DNA from: an uncultured Verrucomicrobiae bacterium
GTDB lineage: Bacteria > Verrucomicrobiota > Verrucomicrobiia > Limisphaerales > Palsa-1400
Reading direction: 5' to 3'
NCBI GenBank assembly: GCA_963764165.1
Contig: CAVXRD010000001.1
Location: forward strand, 1,376,001-1,440,000
DNA: 64,000 nucleotides
Part shown: piece by piece, positions 58,481 to 64,000 of the stretch
How positions within the stretch are numbered: the first letter of the stretch is position 1
Layout: every line of letters begins with the position of its first letter
Program-made: the position numbers and the translations under genes
The notes under the pieces: generated by a model
Seen by the model: the letters and a program-made list of their open reading frames with translations, nothing else
The model's database searches: none
Told to the model about the DNA's origin: nothing

Positions 58481-60001
58481 TCAAGCTGCCGCCGCTTCGC
58501 CTTGTCCAATGGCGGCGGCGATGATGGCGTGCTCAGTCCATTGGCTGACCGGGCGGACTTCGGACAAAACACCCCGGCACATCACGCCGATGCTGTCGCA
58601 TACGCCAAGCAATTCCGGCAGATAGGAGCTCACGAAAATGATCGCCTTTCCCTCCGCCGCGAGCTGGCCGGCCAATTGGTAAATTTGCGCCTTGCTGCCA
58701 ACGTCGATGCCGCGCGTCGGCTCGTCAAGTAGAAGAACCGAAGCCTCGTGGTGGAGCAGGCGGCCGATGGCGATTTTCTGCTGGTTGCCGCCGGACAATT
58801 CGCAAATCGCCTGCCCGGGACCCTGCGCCTTCACTTGCAGGCGGGACATCCATACTCGGGTGGTTTGCATCTGGCGGGAGTGGCTGACGAATCCGCCGCT
58901 GGCCACGGGGCCGAATCGAGTGAGCGTGAGATTGTCTGCAAGACTGCGATTGAGCATCAGCCCTTCCTCCTTGCGATTCTCGCTCAACAGCCCAATGCCG
59001 CCGGCCAGGCGCCGCGTGGGCGAAGCATGCGTTTCGTCCTTCCCGCGGACGATGACCGCGCCGCCTTCGGCGCGATCCAATCCAAAGCAGGTTCGCAGCG
59101 TCTCAGTTCGCCCCGCGCCAATCAGGCCCGCCAAGCCGAGAATCTCGCCGGCGCGGAGTGTGAGGCTGACAGATCGAGGCTTGGGCCGGCCCGCGAGTTG
59201 GCGCAGTTCAAGGACGGGCGCGCCGAGGGTGTGGAACGTGCGCGGGTAAATATCGCTCATTTCGCGCCCGACCATCGCGTGGATGATTTGCGGAAGCGAG
59301 GCCGCGGCCATCTTGCCGGTCGCGACGCTTTCGCCGTCACGCAGAACGGTGTAGCGGCTGGCGATGCGCCGGCATTCCTCCAAAAAGTGGCTGATGTAAA
59401 TGACGCTTACGCCGCGATCACGAAGCCGCTCGATCACCGCGAAAAGATTCTCCGTGTCGACCCGCGTCAAGCTGCTGGTCGGCTCGTCCATGATCAGCAG
59501 CTTGGGCTGGCCAACGAGCGCGCGGGCGATTTCGACAATCTGCTGCTCGGCAATCGTGCGGCTGCTCACCGGAACGTCCAGTGGAATAGTGTGGTGGCGA
59601 AGTTCAGCGAGGGCCTGCCGCGCGATTTCCCGGCGGCGCGAGCGGTTAAGCCAGCCGAATCGATTCGGCTCGTCGCCGAGCAGGATGTTTTCCTCCACGC
59701 TCAAATGCGGCGCGAGGGTCAGCTCCTGGTAAATCATCGCGATGCCGCTTCGCCGAGCGTGAAGGGGGCCGCGCGGGACGAATGTTTCGCCGTCCAATTC
59801 CACCGTGCCGGCATCCGGGCGATGCGCGCCGCTGAGGATTTTCATCAGCGTGCTTTTGCCCGCGCCGTTCTCGCCTATCAACGCGTGGACCTCGCCCGGC
59901 TCGACGGTGAAAGAGACATTTTTCAACGCCCACGTCGCGCCAAAACTTTTCTGCACGGCGGTCATTCGCAGACGCGGAATGTTTTGGCGGGCCGCGCTCA
60001 T
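58481..60001 (-). CDS. Sugar ABC transporter ATP-binding protein (RbsA-like, two NBDs)
   Basis: GENGAGKSTL, MDEPTSSL, LSGGNQQK, DEPTRGIDVGSK. Confidence 0.95.
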   Translation of the reverse strand: MSAARQNIPRLRMTAVQKSFGATWALKNVSFTVEPGEVHALIGENGAGKSTLMKILSGAHRPDAGTVELDGETFVPRGPLHARRSGIAMIYQELTLAPHLSVEENILLGDEPNRFGWLNRSRRREIARQALAELRHHTIPLDVPVSSRTIAEQQIVEIARALVGQPKLLIMDEPTSSLTRVDTENLFAVIERLRDRGVSVIYISHFLEECRRIASRYTVLRDGESVATGKMAAASLPQIIHAMVGREMSDIYPRTFHTLGAPVLELRQLAGRPKPRSVSLTLRAGEILGLAGLIGAGRTETLRTCFGLDRAEGGAVIVRGKDETHASPTRRLAGGIGLLSENRKEEGLMLNRSLADNLTLTRFGPVASGGFVSHSRQMQTTRVWMSRLQVKAQGPGQAICELSGGNQQKIAIGRLLHHEASVLLLDEPTRGIDVGSKAQIYQLAGQLAAEGKAIIFVSSYLPELLGVCDSIGVMCRGVLSEVRPVSQWTEHAIIAAAIGQGEAAAA

Positions 60002-60010
60002 GCAGACATC

Positions 60011-61141
60011 TCAGAGCTCGAGCACTTTCTCGAATTTTGTGAGGTTGGTGGCGCCTTGGGGAGTGACGGTTGCGACATCCTCCAGGCGCACGCCGCCCAA
60101 GCCGGGATAATACAGCCCAGGCTCCACCGTCACGACGTGGCCGCTGGCCAGAACGTCGCTCGACGTCATGCCGATGCGCGGGGCTTCGTGAATTTCCATG
60201 CCGACGCCATGCCCGGTGCCGTGGAAAAACCCCTGCATGCGGCCGCGCTTGGTAACAGTCTTGAATCCTTCGCCGTCAAAATACATTTGCACCGCCGTGT
60301 GGACGTCCGCCGCCTTCGTCGCTGGTTTAAGTTGGGAGAAGGCGATTTCCTGCGCGCGTTCGACGGCCGCGTACACTTTCCGCACCGAGTCGCTGGCCCG
60401 CCCGCGCACGACCGTCCTCGTGATGTCGCCGAAATAGCCGGTCTTTTGCGAACGCGGGAAAACATCGAGGACGATGGGCTCATTTGCGCGCAGCGGCCCA
60501 TGCCCAGGCTCATGCGGGTCGCAGGCTTGCTTTCCGCCGGCGACGATGGTGTGGGCGGCCAGGCCGCCCGCCTGCAATATGGCGGTGTCAATCACGCTTC
60601 TGAGCTTCTCGGAAGTCAGCGGCGCGCCGTGATAGGTTAATTTGCCATCGCGCCCGATCTTGGAAGATTTCAAAGCCTGCATGCCCTCGGCCAAACCCAC
60701 TTCGGCCATCATGAGCGCGGCGCTGATTTTCTTGATTTCATCGGCCCGCTTGAATTCGCGCTGGGGGAAAACGCCTTCCTTTTGCACGCGCACTTTGATG
60801 CGGAATTTGCGCAATTCCTTCGCGAGGCCGTGGGGAAAATTGGCGGGAACGTAAATTTTTCCAAGTTTGCGCTCTTTCAAAAAGTCCCCCACGACGGCGG
60901 CGAGGCCGGGGCGCTTGATTTTGCGCCGCAATTTTTCCACGCATTGAGTATACGAAAAAATCCGGCAGTGCTTGGCGTGCCTGCGGACGCGATTAAGCTC
61001 CAAATCGCTGACAAGAATGTGGCACTGGCCGTCAATGCGAATATAGATGAACGGGTCAGGCACGAACAGGCCAACCGCGTAGAGCATGTTGGCGTCGCGT
61101 TCGCTGTCTGCGACCATCAAAAGATTTTCAGAATCGCTCAT
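60011..61141 (-). CDS. M24 family Xaa-Pro aminopeptidase
   Basis: DVFP, GDITRT, HGTGHGVGMEIHE, TVEPGLY, RLED. Confidence 0.93.
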   Translation of the reverse strand: MSDSENLLMVADSERDANMLYAVGLFVPDPFIYIRIDGQCHILVSDLELNRVRRHAKHCRIFSYTQCVEKLRRKIKRPGLAAVVGDFLKERKLGKIYVPANFPHGLAKELRKFRIKVRVQKEGVFPQREFKRADEIKKISAALMMAEVGLAEGMQALKSSKIGRDGKLTYHGAPLTSEKLRSVIDTAILQAGGLAAHTIVAGGKQACDPHEPGHGPLRANEPIVLDVFPRSQKTGYFGDITRTVVRGRASDSVRKVYAAVERAQEIAFSQLKPATKAADVHTAVQMYFDGEGFKTVTKRGRMQGFFHGTGHGVGMEIHEAPRIGMTSSDVLASGHVVTVEPGLYYPGLGGVRLEDVATVTPQGATNLTKFEKVLEL

Positions 61142-61219
61142 GGTTTTTGGCGACGAATGCCGCATCTGGGGGTGAGCATGCAGCCCGTTAAATAAATCAT
61201 TTCTTAGACTCCTCCAGAA

Positions 61220-62389
61220 TTAATGGAGGACTGTCATCGGGGCAATAAAATAGGGCCGGCCCGCTTCTAATTTCGGCAATTCAATTCCCAGATCGATCTT
61301 GAGCACGGGCGCCTCTGTTTTGCCCAGCAGGTGCATCAGGACCGAGCCGATATCGGCGGGAACGCGGTATTGCACCAAGTTGGCGCTGGAGATCTTCGCG
61401 ATTTTCTCGGTGCGGGCCACTGCCGTGTCGAAATCTCCGAGTTCATCGACAAAGCCGAAATTAATGGCCTGTTTCCCAGTCAGCACACGGCCATCCGCGA
61501 AGTCCTCCCAGTTTTCCAGCAATGCCCGGCCGCTCCCGGCATTTTTCTCCGCGGCGCGGGTGCGTCCAGTCCGCACGACTTCCTTGAACTCGCCGAATGC
61601 CTCGTTGATGAGCGCCTGCACCATTTGGTTTTCCTGGTCGCGCGTGCGCTGTTCTTCCGGGGAAAGGTTCTGGTCCTCGCGCTCGCCACTGAGCATGTCT
61701 TTGAACCGACCGCTCTTGAAGACTTGCGGCTTGATGCCGATCTTGTCCATCAATTGGCGGTAATTATACCCGTCCATGATAACGCCAATGCTGCCTGTAA
61801 TCGTCAGTTCATTCGCCACAATCCATTGGCAGGGAACGGAAATGTAATACCCGCCCGAGGCTGCCAGCGCGCCCATTGAAGCCACCACGGGATGATGCGT
61901 GTCATTCTGATATCTGAGGATCGCCTTGTTGATGTCGTCGGAAGCCAATACCTCGCCGCCCGGAGAATTCACTTTTAGGATGACGCCTTTAACGTCGCTG
62001 TCCTGCTCGGCCATGCTGAGTTGGTCTTTGATGTATTCAACCATGCCGAGTCCCGAGTGGCCGATTTCGCCTCCCGAGATGACGCCCTGGACGTCGATGA
62101 CCGCGATTTTGTTGTCCGAATTAGTTGAGAGAAGCGTCACTTCCTCGAGGTTTCGCGCGCGTTCGATTCCGATGGCGCGGGAACGTGGGAGCACAGTATG
62201 GGACGCGCCGAGGCCAACGAGGTTCACCAGCATCGCGAAAAGGAAGAGCAGCAGGAATACAACGGTGAGAATCTTCCAAATCACGCCCGAGGAACGCTGC
62301 GGGGGCGGCATCGTCATCGGGGGCGCCGCATTGGTCGCGCGGATGAACGGTGGCGGGTTGGGCGGCGGAATTGGCGGCTGCTCTTCCAT
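61220..62389 (-). CDS. sppA: Signal peptide peptidase SppA (S49)
   Basis: VNSPGGEV, AASGGYY, TGSIGV, KSGRFKD, DGRVLTG. Confidence 0.92.
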   Translation of the reverse strand: MEEQPPIPPPNPPPFIRATNAAPPMTMPPPQRSSGVIWKILTVVFLLLFLFAMLVNLVGLGASHTVLPRSRAIGIERARNLEEVTLLSTNSDNKIAVIDVQGVISGGEIGHSGLGMVEYIKDQLSMAEQDSDVKGVILKVNSPGGEVLASDDINKAILRYQNDTHHPVVASMGALAASGGYYISVPCQWIVANELTITGSIGVIMDGYNYRQLMDKIGIKPQVFKSGRFKDMLSGEREDQNLSPEEQRTRDQENQMVQALINEAFGEFKEVVRTGRTRAAEKNAGSGRALLENWEDFADGRVLTGKQAINFGFVDELGDFDTAVARTEKIAKISSANLVQYRVPADIGSVLMHLLGKTEAPVLKIDLGIELPKLEAGRPYFIAPMTVLH

Positions 62390-62505
62390 AGTGCAAAAAA
62401 GCTAGCGCAACAAATTTGGCCGGGCAAGCGCCATCGCGGCTTTTTTGCAACAATGATGCATGTTTTATAAAGCGGGGGTTGCCGCATCGCAGCTCCACGC
62501 GTAAT

Positions 62506-63000
62506 ATGAACGCCATGAGGTTTCGGGTCGTTTTGCCGTTGTTTGCGGTCACGCTAATCGGATTGCTTGGGGGAGCCTACGCCGGAGATTCACCCGCCAG
62601 ATCCAATCCGCCCATCTATGACACAGCCGCCGACGGAACGAAACAGATTACTGACGCGCTCGCCCTCGCGGCCAAAGACAACAAGCGCGTCTTGGTGCAG
62701 TTCGGTGCAAACTGGTGTGGAGGGTGCCGATCGCTTCATTCGCTATTCGAAAGCGACAAGGAAATCTCCGCTTTTCTGCAAAAGAACTATGTTGTCGTCA
62801 TGATCGACACCGACAATAAGAAGAACAAAGCGGTCGATCTTAAATACGGAAATCCGACTCGGTACGGCTTGCCGGTCATCGTGGTACTGGATCCAACCGG
62901 AAAGCAACTCACGACCAAGGATTCTGGAGAATTGTTGGAAGGCGACCATCACAATCCCGCCAAAGTTCTCGCGTTCCTGAAACTGTGGTCGCCCGTCTAA
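62506..63000 (+). CDS. Exported thioredoxin-family protein
   Basis: Signal peptide, FGANWCGGC, GLP cis-Pro loop; start set at ATG 62506. Confidence 0.88.
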   Translation: MNAMRFRVVLPLFAVTLIGLLGGAYAGDSPARSNPPIYDTAADGTKQITDALALAAKDNKRVLVQFGANWCGGCRSLHSLFESDKEISAFLQKNYVVVMIDTDNKKNKAVDLKYGNPTRYGLPVIVVLDPTGKQLTTKDSGELLEGDHHNPAKVLAFLKLWSPV

Positions 63001-63002
63001 AA

Positions 63003-63033
63003 GGCAGGGACGGCTCGGCGAGGCGTCCCTGCC
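63003..63033. repeat. Single family-A REP with feet at both ends
   Basis: ggcagggacggctcggcgaggcgtccctgcc. Confidence 0.8.
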
Positions 63034-63101
63034 TCGCTTCGCGACTTCGAATTCAAGAACGCGCGGAGCAAAAAGCGCGAGACGCCGTCTAATCTTTCAT
63101 C

Positions 63102-64000
63102 ATGAAAGTTCTGATAGTTCGCGCGGTCTGGGTGCTTTTGCTGGCTTTCCCCTTAATTATGAAAGCAGAATCTCGAACGGCATTGTGGAAGGAGGTCGAC
63201 GACGCTGCCAGGAAGGGTCTGCCCCGGACGGCGATCACCAATCTCGACATCATCATTCGCGGCTCGCTGGCCGATAAGGCCTACGCCGAAGCCACCAAGG
63301 CAATTGGGCGAAAAATTGTCCTTGAAGCGAACATCCAGGGAAACAAACCCGAGGAAAAAATCGTCCGCCTCGAAGCGGAACTGGCGCGCACCCCGTCCGA
63401 AATGCAGCCGGTTCTGGAGACTCTCCTGGCCTATTGGTATCGGCAGTATCTGCAGCAGAACTCCTGGAGCATTGCCAGCCGAACCGCCACCGCCCAGCCG
63501 CCCGGCAAGGATTTTATGACATGGGACGCCAGGCGCCTCAATGAAGAAGTCGACAAGCATTTCCAACACGCTCTTGGCGCGGAAAAGTATCTGAAGGCGA
63601 CGCCCATTGCGGCTTGGGACGATCTGATCGAAAAGGGCACCATGCCCGAGAATTATCGTCCGACCCTCTACGATTTTCTGGTTCACGAAGCTCTTGGATT
63701 CTATCAATTCGGCTTCGGCGGAATGCCCTTTCCAGAGGATGCGTTCGAACTCGAGGCAGACAGCCCCGTTTTTCTTCCGCCAGGTGATTTCCTGCCGTGG
63801 GTGGAACATTTGACTGCCGACACGAATTCGGCCCTCGCCAAATCGCTCCGCCTCTACCGCGATCTGCTGCGTTTTCACGAGCGGGATCCCGAGCCGCAAA
63901 CGGCGTTCGCGGCGGCGGATCTCGAACGCCTCGAATGGGCGTTGCAAAACGCCTCCGGCGAGGACAAGGACGCCCGCTACAGAGAAGCGCTGGAGCAATT
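63102..64000 (+). CDS. Alpha-2-macroglobulin family protein, N-terminal part (runs off the window)
   Basis: Hand translation: MKVLIVRAVWVLLLAFPLIMKAESRTALWKEVDDAARKGLPRTA...NYRPTLYDFLVHEAL. This resembles the N-termini of PVC/Bacteroidota A2M proteins. Absent from the ORF track because no stop codon is in the window. Confidence 0.75.
   Translation, partial: MKVLIVRAVWVLLLAFPLIMKAESRTALWKEVDDAARKGLPRTAITNLDIIIRGSLADKAYAEATKAIGRKIVLEANIQGNKPEEKIVRLEAELARTPSEMQPVLETLLAYWYRQYLQQNSWSIASRTATAQPPGKDFMTWDARRLNEEVDKHFQHALGAEKYLKATPIAAWDDLIEKGTMPENYRPTLYDFLVHEALGFYQFGFGGMPFPEDAFELEADSPVFLPPGDFLPWVEHLTADTNSALAKSLRLYRDLLRFHERDPEPQTAFAAADLERLEWALQNASGEDKDARYREALEQ

Noticed and set aside
63153..63998. 281-aa minus-strand ORF at the window end
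   Set aside because: Antisense to a plus-strand frame from 63102 that has a signal peptide and alpha-2-macroglobulin-like sequence.

Overview
GC-rich bacterial chromosome segment. The gene content (prepilin-type H-X9-DG protein, exosortase, cupredoxin-tailed protein, HZS-alpha-like protein, several REP families) is most consistent with a Verrucomicrobiota/PVC genome; this is inference only. Most of the window is housekeeping or envelope genes: secA, uppP, trpE, hisI, argJ, fabI, addA, dapL, sufE, tatD, sppA, an MsbA-like exporter, glycosyltransferases, a sugar ABC transporter and the start of an alpha-2-macroglobulin. Two accessory patches stand out. (1) At about 10.6-16.2 kb, a LysR/oxidoreductase block is followed by a 2-kb segment bracketed by tRNA-Cys 3'-end fragments. 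That segment carries a PLP ammonia-lyase-like gene and a truncated ORF resembling the N-terminus of an ATP-grasp protein. (2) At about 32.5-40 kb there is an unannotated translation-stress-type module. It comprises a promoter, a 56-aa leader peptide with a terminator/antiterminator switch, a relay of mini-ORFs overlapping at NTGA, a second terminator, a non-canonical tRNA-Trp(CCA)-like gene, and a PrfH-type RtcB (RtcB2) with no prfH beside it. It is followed by a degenerate ClpP-like gene, an intact IS5 element, PadR/permease-prefix genes, SMI1/KNR4 and a VapBC-like pair. The 32.5-34.7 kb module is the best candidate for an undescribed system. Intergenic spaces carry GTAG-type REP doublets and nested inverted-repeat elements. 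All calls come from reading the sequence and recalling motifs; no database searches were run.
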